Source of the DNA: Haliotis rufescens
Taxonomy: Eukaryota
DNA: 64,000 bases
NCBI RefSeq assembly: GCF_023055435.1
Contig: NW_025964361.1
Coordinates: 3,968,001 to 4,032,000, forward strand
Direction of reading: 5' to 3'
This document shows positions 1 to 13,634 of this stretch, piece by piece. The notes under the pieces are model-generated. The model was not told the DNA's origin and did not search any database. It was given only the letters and a program-made list of their open reading frames with translations. A program made the position numbers and the translations under genes. Every line of letters starts with the position of its first letter. Position 1 is the stretch's first letter.

Positions 1-819
1 GCATTTGAATATACTTCTGGCCCAGCCCATACATGTAAATGTTACTTCCACTTCCAAATTGCGTGGATCGATGCTCATGATGTCAATCAGTGGATTGTCT
101 GGTCCAGACTCGATTATTTACAGACCGCCGTCATATAGCTGAGTGCGGCGTTAAACAACAAAGAAACAAACAAACCAACATTGCTTGCCGTAAAATCATA
201 TAGGCTCCTATGTTTATAATAAGTCACTGGCTACATACTGCTTTCATTTGGCATTCATTTTAACCCTGAAACAGACTAGATAATTAGGTAGATAGCATAT
301 ATATATACTACAGAAAAATATCATTACCCGTGTCTACCTGACCTAGTCCTTTTAGCCCCAATCGCAAACCGTGTACTCGCTCGCATTGAACAGTTCAGCA
401 GTTGATACTGGATAAGTGAGTGGGTACGGTTTTACGCCGCTTTTTAACAATATTCAAGCAATATCACGACAGTAGACACTAGAAAACAGATTCACGAACT
501 GTGCCCCAAAGGGAATGGAATTCTTGGCCTTCAACGTGAAAATTGAACGTTTCAAGCAATAGGTTACCTAAGCGCCCACCGACAGAGAAACAATTTTAAA
601 ATTGCATATGCTGTATATATGTAACACGTCCCATTTTAATTCTGGAAACCCAAAAGTCCAGAAACTCTACGCTCTTTGCCCAGTCTCGGTTAAAGGTATT
701 TACAAAATTAAACATGCCGTTTTCATGGGAACATACCAAGGAAGAAAAAATGAAAAAAAAATTGTTTAAAAACTCAATATTTAGACTATGTCGCCCATGG
801 GCCTGCCCATGGGCGAAGT

Positions 820-1666
820 GTGGCCCATGGGCGAGAATATGTTCCTTTACTTAAAACTCATGTTTTTGTTTCGCAAATACATTTAATGTATTCATTCAAG
901 TATCATGACACAAAATTTAACTCATTTTAACTTAATTCAACTATTTTATAGCGATATTGAAATATTTCGCCCATGGGCGAGAAAAAGGTTTGGCCCATGG
1001 GCGAGAATATGTTCCTTTACTTAAAACTCATGATTTTGTTTCGCAAATACATTTAATGTATTCATTCAAGTATCATGACACAAAATTTAACTCATTTTAA
1101 CTTAATTCAACTATTTTATAGCGATATTGAAATATTTCGCCCATGGGCGAGAAAAAGGTTTGGCCCATGGGCGAGAACATGTTCCTTTACTTAAAACTCA
1201 TGATTTTGTTTCGCAAATACATTAAATGTATTTATTGAAGTATCATGACACAAAATTTAACTCATTTTAACTTAATTCAACTATTTTATAGCGATATTGA
1301 AATATTTCGCCCATGGGCGAGAAAAAGGTTTGGCCCATGGGTAGGCCCATGGGCGAGAATATGTTCCTTTACTTAAAACTCATGTTTTTGTTTCGCAAAT
1401 ACATTTAATGAATTCATTCAAGTACCATGACACCAAATTTAACTCATTTTAACTTAATTCAACGATTTTATAGCGATATTGAAATATTTCGCCCATGGGC
1501 GAGAACAGGTTTGGCCCATGGGCGAGAACATGTTCCTTTACTCAAAACTCATGTTTTTGTTTCGCAAATACATTAAATGTATTTATTCAAGTATCATGAC
1601 ACAATATTTAACTAATTTTTACTTAATTCAACTATTTTACGGCGTTATTAAAATATTTCGCCCATG
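820..1666 (+). repeat. ~170-bp tandem repeat (about 5 units) punctuated by GCCCATGGGC palindromes, left arm
   Basis: Units begin GGCCCATGGGCGAGAA(T/C)ATGTTCCTTTAC near 822, 992, 1162, 1345, 1512. Confidence 0.9.
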
Positions 1667-4600
1667 TTTTCGTCAGTCCCTTTCAAGCATCAACTAACTG
1701 TTTGCAAAGTATATTGTATCATGTGAAATATACTTTATATTATATCATTACATTACTATTTAAAAAGGGCATTTGGTTGGATGTTTTCTTTTAGTTCTAC
1801 AAATTTCACCTGTTTTACATATTGTAGCAATCTTTAATGAACCCGGCCTTACCTCTCAAAACGTTTTGACAGTTTATCATACGAATTCATGTGCGTGTAC
1901 TCCAATTCATTGGAGTTATTTTCCACAACATTAAATTTTAGTTAGTTTCTATTTCATTTCCCGTTTTATGTCCCGTTGATACATCACACTGGGCAATTAC
2001 GTGACACTAGGTATGCAATATACAGGTACGCGTGCGCGTATTTTGATTAACTATTCGTCTTTTATTGCATAACGTTTGGCTGAATATCTTACATTCTAAC
2101 GAAATCTCGAAATAATTATTTAATTACATGCGGTTTCGAACTGACCAGTGGGGATTATGTTTCAATGCGATTGAGGAAAACGTAAGTGAATATTGTGACA
2201 CTAAAGCAACTTTTAACTGCATTGTCACTTTTGGTATGAAAATGGTAATAGTTAAGAAAAACGTAACAGCCTTCTTATGATAATTCTCATATTCTCATTA
2301 GTACGTTGTGTCTAATTACAGTGTCGGCCTTATTTACAGGTGATTCTACAATACTTGTTGTCGGTCAATTACAATCTGCCACACCACGCGTGAATAAACA
2401 GTTATGCAGGTGTTGCTGTGGGCAAATACCTAGCCTGAAAATGTTTATTTTTTTTAGGATACATGTTTTACAAATGTTCGTTGATATGTGGATATATTAA
2501 GCACAAAGACAAAAAAATGTTTATGAAAGATGAATTAGTGCCTTGATATATTCATCGAGATGTGTATCATCGTTTAATGGGGTCATTCAATAAACGTATG
2601 TTTGGAGGAGATATCAAAGGAGCCGCCCAATATACACAGTGTCGTCCGGTGAACTACCACCCCACCCTGTCCATTAGAGTTATGTAATCGGTACACAAAT
2701 ATATTTGATGCGGTGTCAGTGCGGAAGGAGTTTGAATTACGTCCGCCACTTGCCACAGAAATCCTCAAAGTATAGAAACAATAAACAAGGTCAATCCGTA
2801 CTAATTACCTAGTGACGCACGTAACAACGACTGTCAATAGGGAAAATGGTGAAAACAAATTGAAATAGATTTTAATAAAACATTATTGTACTAAATAACT
2901 CGCAAAAGCGGTGCCTAAAATTGTTTGACCGTGTTATGTGTGTTGTAAACTGACGAATAGCAAGTAATTGTCATGCTGTACGCATGGTTCCATATACAAA
3001 TTCAGTTATACAACCGGTATGAAACTGAGAACTGAGATACCAAGTACAACCTGCATTCACACACGGAAGCAATATACTTGTGTGTATGCCCTCGTCTCTA
3101 CAAAATGTATCACTAAAGTATTTGCATTATAACAAATATAGTAATGATAAAACTTGGTAATTTGGTAGGTCGCCTACAGATATGATTATCAGGTTTTTTT
3201 ACACCTTTGATTGATACGGATTACGTACCTGTAGTCTAGTCACTGTCTCTAATGTATCTGCTTGTTAGAAATTTCAAATGTCTTGTTGTAGCACTGTTCC
3301 TAAAATACGGCAGTTTCTTTTATCGGGTATAAATAGTTGATTCGTCTTGTCACGCAGTCATTTTTACTTGATCGAAGGATTTCCACAAAAAATTACGGCA
3401 GAGAGTTTTGTATTTTATTATATTTTTAGAAGATTTTAGAAGATGCTTACATCACTGTATCTCAGAACGTAAAACGGATAACATTCAAACATGTAATTAG
3501 TACACAGTTAATTGTTACATATAATTTCCTGCATATTCCTTTTTGAACAAAAAGCCTACGTGTATACTGATATCGGTGTCCACTGTTAAAAGGGTATTAG
3601 TGCAGACAACCATGGTAAATGGAGAGACAATAATAAGGTGATTAATTATAGTTTTTTGCAGAATATGCGGTATAAGTGTAGTCATTGATACATATACACA
3701 TTACACATATACAGATGAAATACACGATATGATGCAGTGCAAGAACAAATTAAGATACGGTTTCTATTAAAAATAATTATACGATATTGGATTTAATTAG
3801 CATGTTTAAATTTTCAGGCCAACACGGCTGAGATACAGCATCGGCATACTCAACTGGAGTTGTTTTCTGCCGGTCGTAAGTTCATTGTTTGACTGAGCAC
3901 ACTCGTGTCGGGGTTGCGATATTTTCTTCTCTTTGTTGGCAGCCTGCCACCGGTCTGAATTTTGAGAAAGGTCTCAGCATGGGACTGTTAATTACTTCTT
4001 AATGATGTCTACAAGCTTACAAACTTGTAGATGTTGGGTGTGGTTAGGACCAAACTTTTTCAGCTCAGATTGTTAGTGGTCCTGGAACCCATAGTGTCAA
4101 ACAGGTTCTGCACAAAACGTCCATCAGATTCTACTGTTCAGCAACATTGTCACTGAATTTCAGAACTCTGGCATGATATAATAATCAAGGATTTCGAAGG
4201 TGAACGAGGGGAAAGGCAGACGCACGTGGATTTACCCTCAGGTTATTATTGTCTGGAGTTCATATTTTGGGGCATTTCATATACTAATTGAACAGAGTTC
4301 ACCTGCACATGTCCACTTTAGTGATACAGACTGTAACCAAAAATGCAATGAGCCGTAGCTCTTAATCCCTTATAACAACGGTAACAACAACCAGGGTGAG
4401 GACACAGTAAGGTTAAACCGTGTCCAACAGACAAACTGAGGTGGCTATCTCACATCAAGTCAGCTCTGTTTTTAAGCGCATAGTTATGTTTTTACATATT
4501 GAAATAAAAGGAATTTAAAAAATTATATTTAACAAACCTACACATTACCAAATACAAAACTTTATAACCCTTTCTAGACTTCGTTCCAATTAACCTGGAT

Positions 4601-5538
4601 CATTCAACTCGCTCGCGAAGGTCGTATGCGACTTTAAAGTGAATACGTCTACAGTGTACAAGTAACTTTTAACTGTATCATATATACTCACGACAAGCAA
4701 TTATTTTCGTTCCTAATTCGAATGAGCACATTCTGAGGCTAAATCTGCAAAAGGACAGATAAAATATTTCTTTGTACAATGCAAACGATACAAACGTAGC
4801 GGCTGATAATAGAGACAATGATTTAATAATCTGCAATATATCAAGTGTTCTCGTTCAATCTATTGTACATATTGAAGTGATTGTAAAGTTTCAAGGAGTA
4901 CTAAAATGTTGTGGTATTATGAATGTATTTAGAATATGAATAGCGAAAAACAGTCACCATATCGGATGTACATGTATAACTTGTCTTCCAACACCACGCT
5001 TGTGCCGAGGCCCATGGTCATAAAACTAATCGGTCCCATAAAAGGAGCAAATAGTTTCGCAGATACTTCTTGCTATGGTTCACTCACAATTGTCAGACGA
5101 CCTAATCATCAGTCAGACCAGTCAAGTGTGACCAGCGTACCTGCCTGGTTTTGGCTCCTAATTACTGAACTGCCCAATACTTTCATACTGTGGGCAAAGT
5201 AAGCGGCCTCGTTGAGTGATACAGACTAACCAGATTATGATTGTGTTTGTAAGTTGCGTTTAATCTGTGTCGGGTTGCAGTTGTTTTATTAGTCAAGACT
5301 AGGGGTATTTTTTCAATGAAACCTTTTAGCCGTTGAGTTTGTTTTGCATTCATTTCATTAAATACATTGTTAGGTAGAATAATAACACGTTATAAGGATT
5401 AAACATCTCCCTAATCTGAGTATAATCTCACATGTACTCTAAGTACCGTACTATATTACTTTGCGGAGACACTGAGTATAATTTTTTAGTTGGCATTGTA
5501 TGCTGTCTGAGGACGTTATACAAATCCCTGCATTCAAT

Positions 5539-5795
5539 AGACCCGTGAAGATCTTCAACAAACCATTCTTGGCGTAAAAGGGCGACAGCGCTTGTCGTAA
5601 GAAGCGACTACCGGGATCGGGTGGTCAGGCTCGCTGACTTGGTTGATGCATGTCATCGTATCCCAATTGCGTGGATCGATGCACATGATGTCAATCACTG
5701 GATTGTCTGGTCCAGACTCGATTATTTACAGACCGCCGTCATACAGCTGAAATATTGCTAAGTGTGGCGTTATACAACTAACAAACAAACAAAAC
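5539..5795 (+). mobile_element. SINE-like family 2 (GACCCGTGAAGAT...GCTTGTCGTAAGA(A/G)GCGACTA...(AAAC)n)
   Basis: Dispersed copies at ~55-178, 33640-33856(-), 55025-55215, 60975-61330(-), 62040-62220(-), 63950-64000(-); core resembles Nin/Deu-type SINE domain (recollection, unverified). Confidence 0.8.
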
Positions 5796-7644
5796 ACAAA
5801 AAGAGAAAGTGTATGAGTACTAAAACTTGCAATAGATATGCGTACCCTACGTACACACATGAGTCCCATTCGACAGTCTACAACACACGAATAACTGTCA
5901 AACAAGTTTGGGTACCCCTTCTGTTCAGGCAAGTTATTTAGTTCGATTAATTTTGTATTAAAATCCTTTTCAATTTGTTTTCATCCTTTGTCCCTATTCC
6001 ATGCATGTTTATGTTGCTACGTCTTATTGCTCATGTTTCCAAGTATTGTAAAACACTTTAATGTTTCTCCTTCTTAATCTAACGTTATAACATTTCCGGT
6101 CATTGCCATCATCTAATACACAAGAGATGATACCAAGACATATTTTATTCGGTTTTATGGTCTATGCGGTCTTACAATTGATTTTATTAGTCTTTAAATC
6201 TTATGTCTAGTAAATATTTTCACAAACAGGGCTGTTAACTGATATAAGGAATGTGACATCCAGTTGAGGACTGAATAAGACGTACGTTAGTCTGGTAACG
6301 ACATTTCTACAATAATTTTTTGAATAAACCGTAAATACGCCAGTTGTGACAGGGATGATGGTATGGTAGATGTAGCAGACATATTGACAGCCGTTGTTAC
6401 GAGAGTCACTAGGTTATTAGTACGGCATTGGCCTTGTTGATTGGTACTATACTTTCTGTGGCCACTGGCGGACGTAATTCAAACTCCTTCCACACTGACA
6501 TCGCACCAAATATATTTGTGTACCGATTACATAACTCTTACTGACAGGGTAGGGTGGTAGTTCACGCGAAACGGACGACACTGTGTATATTGAGCGGCTC
6601 CTTTGATATCGCCTCACAACATACTTTTAATGAATGACCAATTAAACGATGATACACATCAGGATCGCGGAGAAAATACAAGCTTCGTTCGCGTTGAATA
6701 TATATATCAAGGCACAAGTTCATCTTTCATAAACTTTTTGTGTCTTTTGTGTCAAATATATTTGTGTACCGATTACATAACTCTAATGGACAGGGTGGGG
6801 TGGTAGTTCACCGGACGACACTGTGTATATTGGGCGGCTCCTTTGATATCTCCTCCAAACATACGTTTATTGAATGACCCCATTAAACGATGATACACAT
6901 CTCGATGAATATATCAAGGCACTAATTCATCTTTCATAAACATTTTTTTGTCTTTGTGCTTAATATATCCACATATCAACGAACATTTGTAAAACATGTA
7001 TCCTAAAAAAAATAAACATTTTCAGGCTAGGTATTTGCCCACAGCAACACCTGCATAACTGTTTATTCACGCGTGGTGTGGCAGATTGTAATTGACCGAC
7101 AACAAGTATTGTAGAATCACCTGTAAATAAGGCCGACACTGTAATTAGACACAACGTACTAATGAGAATATGAGAATTATCATAAGAAGGCTGTTACGTT
7201 TTTCTTAACTATTACCATTTTCATACCAAAAGTGACAATGCAGTTAAAAGTTGCTTTAGTGTCACAATATTCACTCACGTTTTCCTCAATCGCATTGAAA
7301 CATAATTCCCACTGGTCAGTTCGACACTGCTTGTAATTAAATAATTATTTCGAGATTTCGTTAGAATGTAAGATATTCAGCCAAACGTTATGCAATAAAA
7401 GACGAATAGTTTTTTTCATTAAAATACGCGCACGCGTACCTGTATATTGCATACCTAGTGTCACGTAATTGCCCAGTGTGATGTATCAACGGGACATAAA
7501 AAACGGGAAATGAAATAGAAACTAACTAAAATTTAATGTTGTGGAAAATAACTCCAATGAATTGGAGTACACGCACATGAATTCGTATGATAAACTGTAA
7601 AAACGTTTTGAGAGGTAAGGCCGGGTTCATTAAAGATCGCTACA

Positions 7645-8290
7645 AAAACATGAGTTTTGAGTAAAGGAACATGTTCTCGCCCATGGGCCTGCCCATGGGC
7701 CAAACCTTTTCTCGCCCATGGGCGAAATATTTCAATATCGCTATAAAATCGTTGAATTAAGTTAAAATGAGTTAAATTTGGTGTCATGATACTTGAATGA
7801 ATACATTAAATGTATTTGCGAAACAAAAACATGAGTTTTAAGTAAAGGAACATATTCTCGCCCATGGGCCAAACCTTTTTCTCGCCCATGGGCGAAATAT
7901 TTCAATATCGCTATAAAATCGTTGAATTAAGTTAAAATGAGTTAAATTTGGTGTCATGATACTTGAATGAATACATTAAATGTATTTGCGAAACAAAAAC
8001 ATGAGTTTTAAGTAAAGGAACATATTCTCGCCCATGGGCCTGCCCATGGGCCTACCCATTGGCCAAACCTTTTTCTCGCCCATGGGCGAAATATTTCAAT
8101 ATCGCTATAAAATCGTTGAATTAAGTTAAAATGAGTTAAATTTTGTGTCATGATACTTCAATAAATACATTAAATGTATTTGCGAAACAAAATCATGAGT
8201 TTTAAGTAAAGGAACATATTCTCGCCCATGGGCCTGCCCATGGGCCTACCCATGGGCCAGACTTCGCCCATGGGCAGGCCCATGGGCGAC
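7645..8290 (-). repeat. Same ~170-bp tandem repeat (about 3.3 units), right arm
   Basis: Reverse complement of the 820-1666 units; last unit truncated at ~7645. Confidence 0.9.
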
Positions 8291-8836
8291 ATAGTCTAAA
8301 TATTGAGTTTTTAAACAATTTTTTTTTCATTTTTTCTTCCTTGGTATGTTCCCATGAAAACGGCATGTTTAATTTTGTAAATACCTTTAACCGAGACTGG
8401 GCAAAGAGCGTAGAGTTTCGGGACTTTTGGGTTTCCAGAATTAAAATGGGACGTGTTATGTTAATATCACAACACCATGACTGGTTTATGCAAGAATTAA
8501 GTTTGTATAACACTATCGACTTTATCTCCGAATGTTGTGTTATTATTCTGTTCAAAGCATTATTTGACTGGGATATCACGACACAATCATAAAGTCTCTT
8601 GAATATCAGTCTGACGTTTCTCCGAATCGAAATTCGAGTAAAATGTAATTAACGAGTATGTCCAGAGCCACACATGCACTTCTTTCAAAAGAATAAAATA
8701 ACCATGGAATGCAGCTGTCAAAATGAACACAATACATGGATATGTTAGGTACATTTTATTCATTTGTTGATGTAAAGAACAAATCAATACACTATAAAAA
8801 ACACATTCATACATAAGGCATGACAAGCATACGTCT

Positions 8837-10218
8837 CTAGTGGTAGTAATAGGGACTGGCTTTGCCGACGAACGACCCAGCAACTCCATGACCAACAAAG
8901 GGTCCACCATGTCCATAAACACCGTGTCCGGCAACTCCGTGTCCGACGAAAGGTCCATGTCCAGCAATGGCGCCAATGTGTCCGTACAAACCCTGTCCAG
9001 CAACGAAGGATCCATGTCCAACGAAAGGTCCGTGTCCTGCAAGACCAGATCCATGTCCAACAACGAATTTGCCAACGCCTTTACCGTAGCCATTGTTGTT
9101 GTAGTTGTAGGGGCTATAGTCGATTCCATAAGCCTTTCCAGCACCAATGCTACCAACGCCTTTACCGGAGCCGTAGCCGTTGTAACCATAGTTGTTGTTG
9201 TATGGGTTGTAGCCATAGCCTGTACCAGCAACGCCAACGTTGCCAACGCCTTTACCGTAATCGTAGCCGTTATAGCCATAGTTATTGTATGGGTTGTAGC
9301 CATAGCCTTTACCAGCAATCTGTCCATTGTTGAAACCTACACCGAAAGTACCAGCTCCTTTGTAAATGTGAGACTCCTGGGCCAGGGCAGAGCCGACCAG
9401 CACGGACAACACAGCGAAGACGACCTAGAAACAAAGAATCAGTTGAATCTGAAATAACTCGGTCATGAAAATACAGCATATTCTTAAAAGTGTTCACATG
9501 ATGTTTGAAATGAAATAACATTTCACCGATGTCCGAAACAAACATGGTCGATGGGTAGATAACTTAAAATAAAATTGCCTTGAATGCAGTTCTTGTGGTT
9601 GTATTTGATTTTTAAAAATCGAACCTGGGCAAATTAATAAATAATTCCCAAAACATAACAATTTAAGAACGCCTAGGTTAGCAATAATTCGAGTCTTTGT
9701 GAGAATCGTGCAATAAAATACAAAGTATAAATAAGAATTCTCATAATTTCGTATCAAGATGTGATCAAAGAGGTATCGGCCACCAACTTCATGACTATTT
9801 TCTCATTGGTATATCTATGAGCTTTTCCAAGTTAATGTCCATTCATAAATCATATAAAGATAAAACACAACATTGTACAGTCTTTTCAGGTATTTAGTTA
9901 CCTCCGTCAATCGCATTTGCATTATCCGAAGTCTTAAATGACAAGTCGTTCTTGGGAAAACTAAAAGCATATCTGTTCATAACAAGTGTCAATGTTTGAT
10001 ATGACATTGGAATGAGAAATAAAGTAAATAAAGATCGACTTAACGAGATTTCAGCGCAGAACTAAAAGTTGGTACATTTGTGACTGTACAATGCATCAGT
10101 CTCATACTTTCCCCAACACTAAAAAACGGTCAGTTACAGGATTAACCAAATTCCCCCCAAATGCTTCAAGTTTCAAAATGTGATGAAAACAACTGCATGT
10201 CGTTCATATTACCTTCAT
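8837..10218 (-). CDS. Gene A: secreted Gly/His/Tyr-rich low-complexity protein, join(10218..10213, 9424..8837), 197 aa, MKVVFAVLSVLVGSALA/QESHIYKG...GKASPYYYH
   Basis: ATGAAG|GTAATA micro coding exon; acceptor TTTGTTTCTAG before 9424 in frame with ORF 8837..9412; hydrophobic signal peptide ending ALA; three Y/N-rich blocks then GHG(P/S/V)x repeats; TATATA at ~10290-10295; AATAAA at 8760-8755. Confidence 0.9.
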
Positions 10219-10288
10219 GATGAACAGACTTGACTAGAAGATACACCAGTGCTTAGATGACAGATACCACCACTATGAGGTCGCCTCC

Positions 10289-10363
10289 ATATATACGTAC
10301 CCTTAGCATGGTCACGTGGTCGCTGCCCACAAGATTATCCCGTTATACGTGCACCACGTGACC
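10289..10363 (-). promoter_or_regulatory. Gene A core promoter: TATA box plus inverted pair of GGTCACGTGGT/ACCACGTGACC E-boxes
   Basis: TATATA 77 nt upstream of ATG; E-box 11-mers at 10310-10320 and 10353-10363 are exact reverse complements; same arrangement and spacing in gene B. Confidence 0.7.
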
Positions 10364-13300
10364 CTATCATTTAACGACCGTATGAACAGTTACGTAAATT
10401 AAAATTAATTTGATCAATCGGAAATGTCAAGTCAATAAATTGATGAATGAAAGCAAAATGATGATTTCATGACTGAAATAAGAGTAATGGAATAAACTTC
10501 TCGGATTATAGCATTGTCATTTGGCCATTACCAACTTTAAAGTCAGTCACAGGAAGTGAACAAGAAGCCGAGTATCTACAAACTTTAAGGATAGAACACA
10601 TTCCACGCAACTGCAACCCGTTGACTATGAGCGGTGTTATCAATGTTTGCTTGTTTGTTTGTTCAAGGTACATTGACTTATGTGATGCAAGTTAAGGACT
10701 ATTTGTGTCAAATTGCAATCGTATACAAAACAGTTTTCATTTCTCAGTGTTTGTTCAATTAAACGTAAATACATTTGGTCTTCTGATATAACATGCGATA
10801 TCAACGAAAATAGATCTGTCACATGACATGAAACAGCAAATCAAAATGAAAAAGACGGATTTAAAAAACAACCCATACACGTCTGTGCCATTTTAAAATG
10901 AAAATGTGAATGCAGTGGTGTAAACAGTGATTTTGTGAAATTATATTTAATTTTCCCTGAGAGAAACTGTAACTATAAATCTATGTTTGTTTGTTTGTTT
11001 TATTCTATTTTCGGTTTAGCTACGAAGTCATTAATTGCTACTGTCAATGTTTTACGTTTTTAAAAAATGTTTCTTGTCAATAGGGGACTGACATAAATAA
11101 TGAATACAATAAAGCGATTCACATCCCTACTGAGATTATGGACACAGGAAATGAGGCGGATGCAATCATTACGAAATATAGTATTCACCGTCATATATAC
11201 TTAAATCTATCCCCACCGGAGGCTAATGAGGCGTAGCGGCGGGCTTAACTGTTGCACCCGAATCGCAGCGTTTTGAATTCTAAATAAATGAAATAAATAT
11301 TCTAAATAAACTAAATTAATAATTACATATAAATATTATTATTTAAATTATTCTTTTAACTATATTAAAATAATTTTCGTGTACGAAAACGAAACCCATG
11401 CATCCCAACACTCACACAACTTATGGCTGCTGCACAGTTGCATGTGTATTCAAAGGAAATAACATTTCGAGTTTGTATCTTTACCCTGCACAATAGGCCA
11501 GTACAGTCTTGAACAGAATGTGTTTACTGTTTATGTGCCGAATTAACAATATCACGACGGGGGACAGGATTTATCTGGCGATTTTGAAAACATTTTTTCT
11601 TGCCTTTGTGGTAGTCAAAGTATACTTTCCAAATAGGTTGTATTTTACATTTCTTCGTGCAGTATATTTTATGATAAGATTTGCAAATGGTATATGGATG
11701 CTACACACATCTACACGGAATTTAAGAAAACTGTCAGTTGAATGATCAGATATTCTGTAAAATGGAACCTTATATTTCTCTCACGTTTACTTTATCGGTT
11801 CAAAACCGGTCATAGATTACACCTTAGTATTGTATTAAGTGTATTTATTTATATTGTAGATAGTGAAGGAAGCAATCAGTACATTTAGCAATCACAATTG
11901 ACCCGGGCCTTGTGATCCATTTCAGGTTGTGTTGCCTTTGAGCTTGTAATTATGCATTTGAACCTACCAGAGTACTAGTTTAACTGTCTCAAGCCTACTT
12001 TAAATTCAGTGCCGTAATTTACAGTCTAATAGCCTTTACCTTTCTCCTGTTGAGTTCATTGACCTATGTTATACGAGTAAGATTCCATGAATGGCAGGGC
12101 AGTACATAATTAAATGCAACAGATGGAGATGCATGTGTATGGAGTCTTGCTGGGTTTTGACATTACCGAGGCCTTGTTGGGCAATGGAAACATTTAAATG
12201 CTTCTTCAGTTCCCTCCGTTACTAGGATATCGGAAAATATAATTACAATGAACTGTTAGGCCTCATTTTGTGGTGACCACATTAAATAAAATCGTGATTT
12301 TATATTGTCAGTGTATGCTCGTGAATCATTTATATTCAGGGAGTAATTATATTAAGGCCTATGATTACTCTCTATAAAACTGATGCTTAACCATAAATAT
12401 TACTTTAACGCCATGTGACTCGTAGATACGCTTTGTTCAAGTATTCACTTTGATGTTATTGTGTTAATGTGTGATAACGCTCCACGCCCCAACCGCGCCC
12501 TCACTTCATCCCAACAGACAAGTCAAATCACCTTCGACATCCATATGTATGATATTTGATTACGTTCTTTACGTAATTAATTATACGTTTAACCCAGCCA
12601 ATTAATACAGCTGTTTTTTAACACTTCATCGCAATCATTGTTCACGAAATTTGTACATCTTGAGACGGTTTTTTTCTCGAATAATACGTGCTAATATGTA
12701 AAGCAATTAAACAGTGTAGATAAAAAAAATCACGTGGATGTAAAATTAAAATTGTATATTGTAATGTTCTTTCCGAAACTGTCCATATGGTGTGAATTTT
12801 ATTTATTTTAATATACAGTGAATGAATATAGTTTTTAGCAATATCCTAACAATATTACGACGGGGGCAGAAGAGAAGGGATTGACGCATTGTACCTATTT
12901 GTGGAACCGGCTCTTCGGCGTGACAAGCATAATTCACTTGGCTATCTTCCATCCAGCTGTTTGGGAAACAATGGCACTTTTTTCCTGTTTTTCGTTGTAT
13001 TCTTGTTTTATTTCTAATCTTTCTAAGATGTTTCAGAACCTGTAAATTGGAAACAAAACAATTTCCATATTCACACGAAATCTCTGCTAAAAGCAGTCTT
13101 TTCTACTGTTCCGACTAATTCATGAGCAGATGCTTATGAATCACATTAAGTCAATGATGATATACGTATAGAAGGATACGGAGAAATACGTCTCCATGCA
13201 CGTCATGCCTACATGTTGGAAGATTTGTTTTGATGCCTTCTTCGTCAATCATTATAAATAACACACCATTGACGCTTCTATTACTATATATAAAAGTCAT

Positions 13301-13470
13301 TGGTAAAAATGTGCTAAATTGTTTTTAATATCAAAGTTATTTGGACCTCGTGACGAGTGGGTGTCTATATTTGACATGGAATAAAATTAGGAAACCAATG
13401 GCAACTTAATGACGTTGATGAAGATGACGAGATGTCACTGTATATTTAAACGATTGAAGGTGACTACTCA

Positions 13471-13634
13471 GGAGATACACCTACTGTGTTTTCAATGTAG
13501 AGCTAGGTTACCTGAAGATTTAAGCGCGCTATATTGAATTTGAAACCGAACACGTAGCGTGACGTTTCAAATGTTAGGTTTAACGAGGTACAGGTAACCT
13601 AACTCTACATTGAAAACAGATTAGGTGTATCTCC
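13471..13634. mobile_element. MITE-like hairpin with 44-bp inverted repeats
   Basis: 13471-13514 vs reverse complement of 13591-13634 match at 41/44; no clear TSD. Confidence 0.6.

Larger units (their letters stand above)
623..8457. mobile_element. Non-autonomous foldback-like DNA transposon, ~2-kb terminal inverted arms containing ~170-bp tandem repeats, 4-bp TSD ATGT
   Basis: 623..~2708 is the near-exact reverse complement of ~6752..8457 (ORFs 2306..2500 and 6960..7154 are identical mirror images); ATGT at 619-622 and 8458-8461; no transposase ORF inside. Confidence 0.88.

Noticed and set aside
820-1666. Regularly spaced repeats as a CRISPR-like array
   Set aside because: Spacers are identical (tandem repeat), context is eukaryotic, no cas genes
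2306-2500. Duplicated 64-aa ORF (also 6960..7154)
   Set aside because: Identity arises from the transposon's inverted arms; no coding signal
3818-3875. Exon-like segment (TTTCAG...GTAAG) inside the foldback element
   Set aside because: Single short segment, no linked exons or recognisable transposase motif
622-8458. TA target-site duplication (Tc1/mariner) reading of the foldback element
   Set aside because: Formally possible, but the paralogous empty site near 14830 aligns better with a single ATGT, favouring a 4-bp TSD
8840-9457. Long antisense and alternate-frame ORFs over each Gly-rich exon (e.g. 8840..9457+, 8587..9327-, 15537..15977+, 21443..21850+, 26573..27001-, 47144..47851-, 54380..55192+, 54391..55008-)
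   Set aside because: Shadows of repetitive GGN-rich codons that lack stops in other frames; no independent promoter or splice support
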